A stretch of 64,000 bases of DNA from Balanoglossus misakiensis (GCA_040954595.2 CM082589.2:7882232-7946231); one strand, 5' to 3'; positions 1 through 44,162 are shown, counted from the first letter of the stretch. The notes: generated by a model not told the origin, from the letters alone. Numbers and translations are program-made.

Positions 1-228
1 ATTCAAGATATTATTCGTATTTTATAGAGCTGCTAGTAGCCGTTCATAGCTTGCTAAAAGCTGGCTTGCAGGTAACCAGCAACAAGTGATAGATAGGCAT
101 CTACTCCAAAGCCAACTCAGTTGATTTTTTTATTGCTTTTCCAAATTTAATGCTTGCTGTAGTAGCAAATTTTTTTTCGCTGGGGGCACAATTGATATTG
201 TGACCTTTCTAGTATGTATGCTATACAG

Positions 229-624
229 TTAAAGGGACAAAGTCTCTCTCGCTGCTCTTTTTCCAGTAATTATGTTTGATACAAGACACCGTTTATGTTA
301 TTCTACATGTGGATATATAGTAAATCAACGTTAAACCACACACAACTTCCTTCCAGTTTGAAGGATATGAGGGTAAAAATCTTGCTAAAATGAATAAATG
401 GTAAACACCGATTATTTATTTTGGCAAGTTTTTTACTCTCGTGTCTACAAGTGGGAAGGAAGTTGTGTGTGGTTGAACATTGATTCACTATATATCCACA
501 TGTAGAATAACATAAACAGTGTATTGTATCAAACATAATTACTGGAAAAAGGGCAGCGAGAGAGACTTTGTCCGATAGAATATTGCACTGTGGTTGGTCT
601 GTTCTATTGACTTTGTCCCTTTAA
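229..624. mobile_element. MITE family A (palindromic, TTAA|AGGGACAAAG...CTTTGTCCCT|TTAA; Kolobok-type termini), copy with a 37-bp insertion in its right TIR
   Basis: Long inverted repeats, TTAA flanks and purine-purine termini; at least eight copies in the window. Confidence 0.85.
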
Positions 625-2272
625 TAATGACATTTACACATTTTGTTCAGTGTCAGATTGCAAAATTTATTTACCAACCTCATGTCGTAAACATCAGAGT
701 TCATGACCATTCTGTCATCTTAGGAATTTTCTGGTCAAAATTAATTTACATATACAATCAGAAATCCTAGACATCTTTTGAAAACCACACTTTTTACCAA
801 ACTAACTAAATATTGCAGACATTGTTTCAAAAAACCTTTACAATACTATGGCAACTACCTGCAGAAGTAGATCATTATATATACTTGTTACAGCCACATG
901 TTGTGGATATATGAAGTCATTAGACCCTTGAGCTTCAGAGTCTATGGTTAAATTAACTCTCAGCAACGACATATGGAATACAACCTCACTTTCATCAACA
1001 ATAAATTACAGAAATTTCCGACCGGTTGTAGGGTACACAAATCCAACAATGAGTTCTTAAAAAGAAATCTTAAAATATTCAGTCAATTGTCTGGAACATC
1101 CAAACTAGTTGACACCATGGAAATGGATGTAACATTTGACCAAACACAGCTATCAACTGGGGTCTGATTTTATAAGCAACAACAACCAAAGTGTAGTATC
1201 AACACATTCAATCTGCTTTTACTCAGGACAACAACAGTGAGGCCGACAGACACAACCAATCTAACCAAATAAAAACAACAACTTTGCTATTGCTAAAACT
1301 GATTCATAATGTAATATAATTTTGTGACGTAATTTAATGGCATTTACAGATCAAACCAATGTTTCTATGGATATTCCTGGCAAATGAAATAGTGAGAACT
1401 GTGGCAGGTCAACATAACAGTAATATCAGATAAAAGACAACAGTTTATGAATAATTCTAACCAAGTATCACTGAAACTGGTCTTATCTGTCCATAACCAG
1501 CGCTGATCACACATAATCAGAGCTACCAATACTAATTTGTCTAATTCCCACAGATTACTATGTCACGACTTTGACAACACCATATTGCTCTCGACTGTGT
1601 AATCTCACTGCAAATAAAATACCTAAAAAGCAATGTTAAGTTCTACAAAGCCCTCCTATATTTGTACATGTATCTTTTTAAGAGTCTATCTTTATCCAAT
1701 AAACCTTTTCTCAGTATTTCAATTTTTACACTGCTTTGTCATGATGAAACATCTGCTCGATGGTCCTTCTCAAATTGATCTGTGCTAAAACGAAAGTTCT
1801 AAGTTAGCTGTGGTTAAGGTATGAATACACAGTAACTATGACTTGCATCAAGAATACTAATCTATACATTCTTTGATTTCGCATTTGAATTGTCTTAAAG
1901 TCAACTTCATATTACTTTAGTGTAGAAAGAAAGTACATTCACTGTCATCGACAAAATTTCCAATTTCATAATGTTTGTTTTGTGGTGAAATGTAAAAATG
2001 AAACCAACTGATAATGCCATTATATGTATGAGTCAATAAAAGCTATTAATGGTTGATAACATACAGTGCTATGTTCGTTTTTGTCACCTGTCACCAGTCT
2101 TTGAAAATGTACGAGTCTGTTATGATCAAAGTAATTTTTTCATAAAACGATGAAGTGGAACTTGAAAGACTATAGCATAAGAACTGACCAGTTAACACTG
2201 AATAGAGTCTATATGTACACACAGCTCACCGTGTTTGTCAAAGTTCAACATACACAACACAACCTGTGAACA

Positions 2273-2455
2273 TACTGTAAAAACGGGAAATTTTGCGCGA
2301 CAGGAAATTGTCGCGATATCAAGAGGCAACTGTTACGTGATGATTAATTTTCGTGTTCTCGTATTTCACTGCATCGTTATCTCTGAAAAACATTTTACGT
2401 GACTTTTTATTTTCGTGAAAATTTATCGTTCACGAAAATTTCCTGTTTTACAGTA
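2273..2455. mobile_element. MITE family D (TA|CTGTAAAACGGG...TTTTACAG|TA; Tc2/pogo-like)
   Basis: TA flanks and TIRs. Other copies at about 3919-4110, 8372-8530, 12215-12426, 18934-19128, 22252-23056, 25207-25410, 28072-28233, 54570-54710, 56640-56740 and 60512-61316. Confidence 0.82.
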
Positions 2456-3714
2456 GCTCTTCCACAAGGACTGCAGGTGAAAGAACCTCGAGATGTGGAA
2501 GATATCTTGCCACTGGCAAACCGAATCTTCAATGAGTGAAACATTATTAGCTGTGATTCCATTTACAGAGGCAATGTAAGAACACAATTAAACAAAAAAA
2601 AAAACAATCTATTCCAATTATGCAAGAATTATTGCATATAACATTGTCTAAGTTTGACTTCAATTTGGTACCGCACATAAGATTCCATACCAGAGGGTTT
2701 AAAATGCACATTATTTACACTCACGTCATGGTCCCAAACATAAACTTTTGTCAAGAAACTACCTAACCAGACAATATACACTTCTGGTAACAGTGTACCC
2801 TTCAAGCCACTGGAATACATCACAGACAGAAAATTCTCTACAGTAAAACAAAAATTGTTCATGTAACATGTACAGAAAGGAATTTCTACCATTGTTGAAC
2901 TTGACTCAGAATGCCAGAAAGTCATGTTCACTTAGCATCACATGGTTTCATAAATTCCATTTCATAGATTTAGGGTTGTGTGAATGAATCGTATTTGCAC
3001 TGTTTTATATTTTACAAATATTGAACCAATTAAATCTCAAACTACAGTAGCTGAAGTTCATGATTACAACTTAAAAAAAAATTCTCGAAAGTCAGTAACA
3101 CATTTTAAACAACACAATCACTATTTTCAATTTGGCCTCTTTGAGATTAGAGCATGAAGACTGGTACTATATCAAGTTGATGGACAAATTCTGACTGGAT
3201 TTTCTTTGCAATGAAAGAAATATTGAGCGAGGTACCAGCCTTTCTTGTTAGCTATGAGAATATCCTCTATGCCGGCCAGATATTAACCTTTTCAAATTTT
3301 AATTTGTGCTAACATACGGTGAGACTGATATGTTTTTTTTTTCTGAGATTTTGCAATTTGATCAATGACAAGGCTATTTCATAGTGTTTACAAATGTTCA
3401 GATTTTCTGCTTTTTTCTAAACAAGTGCTTGTTTTTCAATTTCATTAATTTCACTAGGAAAATGTGAGCTTAGAGTTACATAACATATGGATCTGCTGGA
3501 GGGACAGGTTTTGATGTAATTTATTTAAAGAAATGCTCAAAATTAAACCAAGTATCTTTACAACAATAGTGCACATCTCATTAATAGCAAACAATATTTA
3601 AAGGAATAAAATACAATGATTCTTATGTTATGAATAAATTATGAAGTTTCCCAGGTAATAAGATTTTTATGATAAAGTCAAGTGTTTCAAAAAGTTTTCC
3701 AACCCATAACAGTT

Positions 3715-34096
<30,382 letters not shown>

Positions 34097-34209
34097 AATG
34101 TCCTCAACACATTACGGGTGGGTGGGGTCAGTGAAACCCAAACAAAGTGTCGTGGGCCGGGTTGATTTTCGTTGACGATATTTGAGGCGTCTCTCTTCAA
34201 GCCAACCTG

Positions 34210-34240
34210 TAATCCGCCATGTTGTACTCATCACGTGATC
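34210..34240 (-). promoter_or_regulatory. Putative ARFGEF core promoter motifs (YY1-like and palindromic E-box)
   Basis: aacatggcgg on the minus strand (YY1-like) at 34214-34223 and atcacgtgat at 34230-34239, about 120-140 nt upstream of the ATG in a CpG-richer patch. Confidence 0.4.
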
Positions 34241-35963
34241 AGTCAGTTGGCAGTTTCAGTGAATCGACAAGCGGTGGCGCTGTGCTGCACACATATTGGT
34301 GCATCATATCCCCTAAACAATATCAAAAATACAGCCAGAGGACCTCGCATATTGCCATGTCAAATATTCTTAAACTCAGCATTGACTGAAATAAGTAATT
34401 TTTGAATTGAGAAGTCATCGTGCCGCTGTTGTCAAGTGATAACTTAGAAACACTGATAGTGATCGGACCAGTCTGAATGTGGGACAAGTTTGTAAACTGT
34501 GTTTAAAGGGCCACCAACACCAGGCTTATAATTATAAAAAAGCACCCTTATAACGTTGAAGTCTGAAACCAAAACATTATAGCTTCATATTTTTTGGGGA
34601 CCGGTGGGTCCATATTGGTATTGATGGAGTTCTTCTTCTTTGGGGGGGGGGGGGGGCAAGCACCAAAGGGGCGTGGCCCCTATTGTATTAATTTGCTGGC
34701 GTTTTTCTGCTTCTTCATATACCTATTCTGAGTCAATCCAGACCTTAAAACCGCTTGTAAAACTTTGTACAATAGTCGGGGTAGCTGCAACAATAAAAAC
34801 CTGGTGAGGTCATCCAGCCACCCAACCAGCCCGGGCCACCAAGGCTACAATTATTGTAGCTATGGTCGGGGCCAATGCGGTCGTGCACCTGAGTCTTGGA
34901 TTTTTAATAAGTCATGTTACCTGACGGCAATATTGGATTTCCCATAATTATGCATATTGCATATATCAAAATCTACAGAGCCAATCAACTTGAAATTTCT
35001 TGTGTGGCACATGTACTGTATGGTCGTCTTTGCACATTTTCTCTCATCATGATAGTGGTAGTACCAAGTCTTAGACTTTTGAGTAGTCATCAGTCATATA
35101 GGCCAATAGCCGCGATGTTGGATAGCTCAGCTGTAGGCTCATCAATTTTTGATATTTCAAATATTAGCCTAAATTATGGTAGCACAACACTTCCTTTCAG
35201 GCAGATGAGTCATCATATGACCGAAACTTGTCAAAAATACATAAGCAATTTTCCTTTGTTTAAATTTTTCGCATATGTAGTTGAGGCTAACTAATCAGGC
35301 CAGAAGTTTGGTTTTGAGTCTCAGTGGACCAGTATACGACTAAAATTTGTTGGAAAATTCCAGTACCTCTTGAACTTTGTTGACTTCATCAAAAATGTGC
35401 ATATCAACACCCCATATATGAGTTTAACCTTGGAAGGACTACACCTGTCCACCCAACACTCAGCACGGACCTCAGTCAGTCCACACTCCATACAGTCTTT
35501 TCACAAGTCTAGCGCCCTCACGCAGCCATCATGAAAGTGAACCCAATCCTCCGATCACATATGATTTTCCCATTGACCAAGCTTTGAGTTCAAATGCACC
35601 AATGGTTGTGTGAGAGTGCCAGACTTATGAAAAGGGTTTATCTGCACATACACGAGAGACTGTTGGATATAGACACGGGAGACAAGTGATTTAGCCAGAT
35701 TTTGTTGAACCTTTCAAACCATTCGTGTAGAGGGAGACGGAACACGACGCACAAAATTTACAGCGTGGCGCTTCAATCAAATGTATTGAAGGAATGATAG
35801 TTGGAGATATAAACACAGGAATGCAATTTCACGCGACGCGAACTCTGTGAATAAATAAAAGATCACCAAGAAAATTGACAACGAAAAATCGGCAACTATT
35901 GTTTGAAAACTATTTAACGTTCCGAAAAGTGATACTGCATCTTCATTTATGATAAACAAACAA

Positions 35964-37035
35964 ATGAATGGATGGATGAATGGATGAATGAATGAATGAA
36001 TGAATGAATGAATGAATGAATGAATGAATGAATGAATGAATGAATGAATGAATGAATGAATGAATGAATGAATGAATGAATGAATGAAATCAAATTGCAT
36101 TCATTACCTTTACTTTCCACTATTTTCGATAATTGTTAATAAATAATGTGTATGTCATTTCTATATCGTCAGTACAATATGAAACGATGTTAATATGCAA
36201 AATCTTGTCAAAACATCATAGTACTGAATTCCAATTGAATACGAAATACAACATTCAACTCTCATTGAAGCACGCTTCGGTAATTGCAAGTTTTCATGTC
36301 TATGCTTGCAATCATTCCTATGTCATACATTGCATTACATCCCGAGGTAGAAAAGCCATGCATATTAAAGGCCCATGAGCTGCAACTTGATAAAAAATGA
36401 TATGCTTTTAATTCTGTCTATTAAATGACATTGCCTGAGAGTATATCACGATAACACTTATTTATGACAAAATGGTCCAATGAATGAATGAATGAATGAA
36501 TGAATGAATGAATGAATGAATGAATGAATGAATGAATGAATGAATGAATGAATGAATGAATGAATGAATGAATGAATGAATGAATGAATGAATGAATGAA
36601 TGAATGAACGAATGAATGAATGAATGAATGAATGAATGAATGAAATCAAATTGCATTCATTACCTTTACTTTCCACTATTTTCGATAATTGTTAATAAAT
36701 AATGTGTACGTCATTTCTATATCGTCAGTACAATATGAAACGATGTTAATATGCAAAATCTTGTCAAAACATCATAGTACTGAATTCCAATTGAATACGA
36801 AATACAACATTCAACTCTCATTGAAGCACGCTTCGGTAATTGCAAGTTTTCATGTCTATGCTTGCAATCATTCCTATGTCATACATTGCATTACATCCCG
36901 AGGTAGAAAAGCCATGCATATTAAAGGCCCATGAGCTGCAACTTGATAAAAAATGATATGCTTTTAATTCTGTCTATTAAATGACATTGCCTGAGAGTAT
37001 ATCACGATAACACTTATTTATGACAAAATGGTCCA
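35964..37035. repeat. 556-bp-period tandem duplication, each unit headed by a (GAAT)n microsatellite
   Basis: Identical ORFs at 36133 and 36689 (offset 556). (GAAT)n arrays at ~35964-36087 and ~36479-36643. Confidence 0.92.
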
Positions 37036-37385
37036 AAAATCAAAGAATATCAGTATGGTACAGTCGAAAATCCCCGCAATTAAAAAAAATGAAATATTGC
37101 AATGAAAAATCGAAATGTAATGTCTCATTGGAGTACATCTACTTCCATAGTTCCAGTAGATGAAAATATGCTTTGTTTATGAAGTTTCATAGTGATTTTG
37201 CATTTCCCACGGTGGCGGCCATATTCCTTTGCTTTATTATTTATCTGGTTAAGACTTGCATATGCACTCATACAATAAGGTTTATAGTACTTGTATTATA
37301 TTCATAGACCCGGTAATTCAGTTGAGTGCATACATCTGTATGGACTTAATGTTAGTAAAGTTTGAAAAAAAATGATAGTGTTTTA
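36921..37385. mobile_element. Degenerate relative of MITE family C
   Basis: ttaaaggcccatgagctgcaact..., sharing ttcccacggtggcggccat with 44352-44863. Confidence 0.65.
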
Positions 37386-37415
37386 ATTGACAAGGCTTAC
37401 TCCTGAAACATGAAA

Positions 37416-40400
37416 CTAATAATCATGATAATGTCGAGTGTCTGTTGCGTCTCGGCTGTCATGCGTACTATAATCATATCTGTCATGGGTTGGATATGAT
37501 CTGTCAAGTGATAGACCTAAATTGTGGTCACGATAATTTGTCTGTGCATGTGCAGTAAGTCCTTCATCATACTCGTCATAATTGGAAGCCCGTCTGGATT
37601 GCTGTCGCTTTTTGTTTCTAACCATTTCGGCGTTTGCATACAAGGGCAAAGTCGCGCACTCCGAAATATACTCTCTTCTTGTTGCCGTGTCCCGATTACC
37701 AGTGTCTATATCTACGTCATACGGAATTTCTTCGTATATATGCATTGATCTAGTGTAGCCTTTCTGTTCGACTTTTGTCGTGTTGTTCGGCAAAGTCTTG
37801 CCAGGTTGGTAGCATGGTCTCTGCATACCAGAGGCCATTCCTTGCAGTTGTCTACCATGAGGACCCACTGCAATAGTAGAATTGTCTCTCATCATGCTAT
37901 CCGCATTGCTTCCACCATTATCGGCAGTTTCTTCAAGTGTATAATATTTTGGCACAATATTCACTGCAGACCTCGACTGCAGCGTGCCTCCGTTTCCAGC
38001 CTGTCTTGACAAACGATTCCCTTCTCTTATCTCAGCGTACACACTTTCGGCAACGTTGCCATCGTCGCGCAAATGACCAATTTGGTTTCCAGGTGAATTT
38101 TGCGTTTCTTCAGTCACGTTGTACACAACGACGCCGGTATCCGATTGTTTATCTATTCTCCTATAAAATAAGAAATCATACAATTTTGTCACTATTAGGC
38201 CCCGAGATAACTCCAAGAAATCGAAGCGAGTCATCATGCTTAGTGGACCTGCCTTCGTTTGACAGGGGACGTGAACAAGTTAGCAAAACACGCTTTGAGT
38301 TCAAACATACAATAAAATGTTTAGTTTTAAGTTAAAATGCGCCTCGATAATTAAAATTGAAATCTAACATCTCGTCTCAAAAATCGAGGATAAAGATTTG
38401 GGGTCACCTTCAAAAGTTTGAATGAACAAATTGTTTCAGTTGAAGTACAGAATGTCCGCCAATTATTTATTTAATCTCTGCGTCAACTTATGTGTGTAGA
38501 TTGTCTCCAATATTTACATAGACGCATTCCAGTCAGTCAGTCAGTCAGTCAGTCAGTCAGTCAACAAAGTTTCTCATTAATACAATTCATGATCCAATCA
38601 CCGATATAAACTTGACTTGCAAATCGCCCCTCAACATCAAATATTTTGTAAGTAAACTAACTTGCTGGTAAATGCATGTGCTTTGGCCAGGTGTGCAAAA
38701 AAAGGAATTGCAATTACCTTTTTCGTAGGAGAATAATAAGAAGAGCGATGGCGGCGACCACTAGTATCAGTGCCAATGCTATACCTATGGCAATTCCTGT
38801 AAGGAAACGACAACGTTATATGTTAATCAGTTCAGATATCCAACACTGACAAAGAATATAGATTCTCTAACATTTTCAAGTATCTACCGCGCCAACAATT
38901 AATTGTTGATTCCATGCTTTCGTTGTATCAATCAAAGCCTTACCCGTATCGACGTGAGTTCCATGACGTGTTTTTGTTCCTGGGGCTGCGTCGCCATCCT
39001 CCCCATCTAACCGGATAGTGGTCTCTGCCATCGTTTCCGATGGACCTTCGGCGACACTATCTTCATCGACAGCTAATATAAATGAAGTAAAATATTATAA
39101 TTGAATTCTTTCGTTCAAGTAATTTAGTGAACTAATCTTATCCATCATTGGTGTAAGTCCGTGTTTTTAAGGAAACCATTTGCTACAATTGTCTGCAGTG
39201 TATGAAATCAGACAGCGTATTTCTGTCAGATCTTTCTGCTTCTGTCTGTCTGTCTGGAAGATGTACATCTATGCCAATCCGGACTGATGGTTGCTTCCGA
39301 TAATTCGACTGATGTACATTAATCCAAGGAAATACCGATATGTTTGTGATAGGGTAGAATAAAGTTTCGTGCTTTCAAGGAATTGTCATGAAATCATAGG
39401 AGCTTGAAAAAATGACAGTGAAAATTGAAATCGGGTGAGCAACCTGCTACCTGGTTATGCTATATGTCACCGCAATATGTGTACATGTTTTAGGTAACGT
39501 TTTACAGCAAAAGACACCTCTATCACTGCAGCACCCACCTTTAAAACGAATAATGAAACCCTTGTCTTCTCCAACACTGTTTGAGCGAAAAACAACCCGC
39601 ACTGCGTTGGACCTGGTCATCAACTTTCGCGGATACTGCAGTGCAGACTGCGATCCCTGCAGGATAGTCGTCACACTCTCGCCGCTCGAAACAAACGTTT
39701 CAATGATGTGGATGACGTCATCGGGATCGGCGAGATACAGCATTGTAAGGACCAGTTCGACTCTACTCCCCGAGGGCTGAGCAATAATCCAGGTGCAGTC
39801 CGTGTTCGGTGGGTAGTTGCCGGGAAACCCGGGGGATACAATGGTGCCCTCAACGACACTGGCGGAGAAGAGGCCACCGCACGAACCCATAGAAGCTGAG
39901 GACGCAAAAACACGAATACATTTACACATTAAATCATGACATTTTGTCCGGATTTGTGAAAGAGCAACCACTCGATGCGGCGAAGAGACCGCCCGTAGTT
40001 GACCACAACATGACCAATTATGCATGGCTGTTATACGGACTTGTAACTTATAAAGACTTTGATTAATTTTACACGATTCTGAGACTTGCCCATTGAGTGG
40101 TTTTATAGTCTGAGATTAAAAGGTTGTTGGATAGCAATAAGTCAATATAAAAATTGTCTCCCTATACACATCTGAGGCAACTTAACCAATATCAACAGGT
40201 GGTTTAGTTTGACAAGTATCTGCTCTATAATGGCTGTCAAATCAAATTCATTCAAGCGAAACCAAACACCGTAGAAAATTCGACAACAGTTTACGTTCGC
40301 GTGTAATCGCATCAATTCGTGTTTTATCTTCTTCCAGATGAGCTTGAATATTAATTTATTTTGGAAAGTTGTTTCGAAGTTTAGAGAAGGATGACATTTG

Positions 40401-42657
40401 ACATTGATTTGAACTACATGTACTTACAGGAATATACACTAATGTGATCCGAACCGCCGCAAATTTCATCTTCGTTATCTGTACAAGCTGCATCACAATT
40501 ACTATTTGCCACTGCGTCACTTCCGCCAAATTCAGGTGTTGATTGGATGCAATGGCATTCGTTTCCACGGACCAACCCAGCATAAGTAAACAACGGATAC
40601 TGACAGAATTCCACACAACTTGCTATGGTGACGTCACACTTCCTTCCCCAGCCTAAATCATCACCATGACGACATGATGTAGATGGCCACTGATCTGTGT
40701 TGAAAGGAACGCATCCAAAATAACCTGGCACTGAAAAAACAAAAACAAAAACAAGAATATACTCAATCTGGAATAAATGTTTCGATTGCCCAATACTGGT
40801 TGTGCGTAATAGCTGGAGTTTTGAAGATACAGTTCCTATAAACAAGAAGCAAACGTTTGTAGCAACCCAGTGCGAGAACAGACTTCATTCATTGTGTACT
40901 GTTTCAGAGACCTCCTCGTATTTGCGCTGTGATGCAGTACGCTCTGTCAACGATACTTACAATTACACCTAACACCGATGGGTTTGCACGAATCTGTTCC
41001 TTGGTTTGCAGTGGATGAAGGCTTGAAGCACTCGGACAATAAGATCTCTGGTCCATCACAGTGGAAACTGCCTGGTATGACTACAGAATGGTCGTCCTGC
41101 GGTGGATCCTGCCAAAGTGACATGGCTCCCTTTGAATTACCTGTCACAGTGAAAGAGAGGATGTTCATGCAGGTTGGTCTACTTTCAGAAAAGACGATTA
41201 TTTACCAATAATGTGGAAAAAGACAAAAATGTATAAAACAGAAAATTCATAATATTATAAACATACAGGACTGTATTGGGTTGACAGAAGAGACATGCAT
41301 ACCAATAGTTGTTGAGTCTCTGAGTTTTGACCAATTTCACATTTTCCCAGCAAGTTTGCATATTTTGGGGGTATATATCGAGGTGATATGCGTCTGTTAA
41401 GTTTTTGATGTGGGCAAACATACAGATATATATACCTGTACATCCATACATACAGAAGCAACCGAACCCATAAGGTCCCATTATATTTTACCAAATGGGA
41501 CCTAAAAAGGCTGACCGACAACAAAACTTATTCAGTTTCTATCATATAGTATTTATCCACTAACCATTAGATAGTCTAGTCTGACTGAACTAGTGTGTAG
41601 CCTTGCGTACAGGTCTGTACATCAAAATAAGCTTACTGATAGTATAATACAAGAACATCTCATCGACGCCAGATTGTGACTGTATGTTGCAATTGAACCC
41701 GCTATGTATTAAAGCGGTGTCGCACCCATTTAATCTGGTAAGAAATGACAAACCGATGCAAATATACGGAATGGATTTGAAGTATTTTATTGTGCAAAAA
41801 ATATGTGAAATTTGCCAGCTCTAGAAGCTTGAACTGAAGATGTCCATACTTGAACGAAAAGCGAAATCACGAGGCGTGTGAACGGCAGTGGTTTATGCAC
41901 TAATCACTCAAGTTGACAATGGAATTTAAATATAGAATAGTTGGACAATGCCTTGTCATGAGGTTTGAGTAAAAGCGCATTCAGTATATATAGATTCAGA
42001 GCTATTCAGATGCAAATCCGCATCTGAAACTCCTTTGGTTAAAATACGCATCTATTGATTCTGTCTAGTGTTTGTAATGTAAACTGATTGAATATGCGTG
42101 GATGGACATTGCAAGAACGAACGACATGTTCCGAATGGCGTTGTGCTTACCGAGATTTCTGCATAGGATATCTGCCACGTTCATATTCCACTCGTTGATG
42201 CACACACCGGTCCAAGATCCGTCCTTCAAAATCTCCACCCTTCCTTCGAACGGTGTCTCTCCGCCCATCAAGCGAATATTGTCGTCGATGACTAAGTAAA
42301 GAGTTAAAAAGTGACGAGATTTTTTAATTATACGCGAAAACAGCGACACTCATCTGTATGTTCAAATCTCCACCGCCGTAGACGGCAATTCCACGTTTTT
42401 TATTTTAATTGTATTCTTGGACCCTGAGATGTTTTTGTCCAGAGCTGAAAGTTTTCGTCTGCAACTTAACAGACTATCGTAGATAGACGCCTTCTCAAAA
42501 ATTTCTCAATTCCGGATACGATGTCAAAATGAACTTTGAAATATTAGTTAAACTCGCAGAACAATCAAATGTGAAATTTACCTGTTTGAGCAGAAATACT
42601 TGTAACAAGTAGAAGTGTTATTGTCCTAACCATAGGTATCCTTGGCGTGAACTTCAT
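37416..42657 (-). CDS. Type-I membrane protein: signal peptide, SRCR, WSC, CUB, TM, ~250-aa Tyr-rich cytoplasmic tail (Kremen-like architecture), ~669 aa
   Basis: Exons: 42582-42657 (MKFTPRIPMVRTITLLLVTSISAQT, signal peptide); 42151-42291 and 40961-41140 (IRLMGGETPFEGRVEI...VC...W...C = SRCR); 40428-40730 (GYFGC...TIASCVEFC...YAGL...ECHC...CGG = WSC); 39539-39895 (CGG...GTIVSPGFPGNYPPNTDCTWII...FRSN...GF = CUB); 38944-39072 (stalk); 38718-38796 (GIAIGIALALILVVAAIALLIILLRKR = TM); 37416-38160 (tail). Domain exons are phase 1; total 2010 nt. Confidence 0.85.
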
Positions 42658-43310
42658 CTCGAAAATAATGACCGTCAAACGGTGTCTGTAGACTAGTTCT
42701 GGGAGGAAACGTTCCTCCAACTCACTCACTCACTCACTCAATGGATTAACAGGCAGTGACATGTGACGGAGGCTGCTTCTTCCGGTTATCTACTTTCATG
42801 AGACTGACGCGAATGACGCCGCCCCAAGGTTTATGCGCCAACCCACTTTCCGACGCAGCAACTTTTGTGAAGTTCTACAGCTGTGTCAATAGACGAGACT
42901 TTGAATTTGCAAATGGAATTTCGTGTGCAAACACGCTTACCCGGAAACAGTTTAGACAATACAATGACATACAATTCAATGAAATACAATGCAATACAAT
43001 TCAATGAAATACAATACAATACTTTACCTAGAGAAATGATTACTAGTATATCGGATTACTGTTATAAATTAAAGCTGCAAGCAGCGTTGGTGGGGCCCAA
43101 TGTAAATTATAATCATAAAGTCGGATGTTTCAAGAAGTTAAGCAATACTTTTATAATTATATCATACAGTTTTACAGTTTCAGGATGAAGTTGGTGTGAT
43201 TACTATAGTACTAGGGGGCTGACTGTGAAGTATATATGACAGAGCAAAACAACAGAAAGCCCTATTAAACTGTATGTTTGAATAATAAAACAAACAGTGA
43301 CAGTAACTAT

Positions 43311-43670
43311 CAACCTGATTAAAATCAGATGTAGGGAACGGCGACGTCTTTTACTTACGCGGCACGGTATTCTTTAGCTGCAATGATTGTATATGTTGAG
43401 TGGTGTGTATGCAGCCTACCGCCAGTCAACCTAGCAGCACCCGTCCCGCTACAATCATTGCAGCTAGGTATTCTTGTGCTGTCGCCTCACACTACATCTG
43501 ACTGTGTGGAGTGACCGTGATCTGACCGACTCCCATAGAAGCTCCCGTTCAACCCCCCGTTGCGGCCAGGCCAATCAGTTTGCATGTTACGTATGAGGCG
43601 ACACCATAAGAAAACCGTACCGCGTAAGTAAAACGTCGCCGCTCCCTTACATCTGATTTTAATCAGATTG
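43311..43670. mobile_element. MITE family G copy containing a nested 92-bp TAG...CTA element (43375-43466)
   Basis: Nested tagctgcaatgattgta...tacaatcattgcagcta with perfect TSD ggtattctt at 43366-43374 and 43467-43475. Confidence 0.82.
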
Positions 43671-44162
43671 AATACCTATAGACAGTAGAGGGAACACGCA
43701 AGAGTGACGCACTCTGAAACCAAGCAAATGGATCTCCATCAAATATAGTAGGATGATGCAGGTGCATGAATTTTAGGAGGCCAGAACTGGTGGCTCACTG
43801 CGAAAGTTCCCTGGTGGAAGGCGTTCCTGTTAAATCTCAGGTCTAGTTTAGAAGTGTCCGTGGCTTTAGTATGTGACACGATCGTGTGTCCAATGGAACA
43901 TTTCACTTCAACCACCATTTTATGCGGTTCAGTCTGTGTTAAGGCGAGGAAGATGTACAATGTATAATAATTTCCACGTAATTTGAAGAGGTTGACAGCA
44001 AACCAAATTGCATACTACTTCTCCTCGGTATCTGTAGCCTGTATAAAACTTTATTGAAAACAATAAAATACGAGTAAAAGCCTAACATGTTAGCAAAATC
44101 ATGCACTTGTAAAACACAACCGTGTGTGCCATTGATAAATTGCTTATATGTACTATATAAAT

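Noticed and set aside
35777-36676. (FIHS)n ORFs, and (INQS)n ORFs at 47517-48108
   Set aside because: Translations of (GAAT)n and (GATT)n microsatellites.
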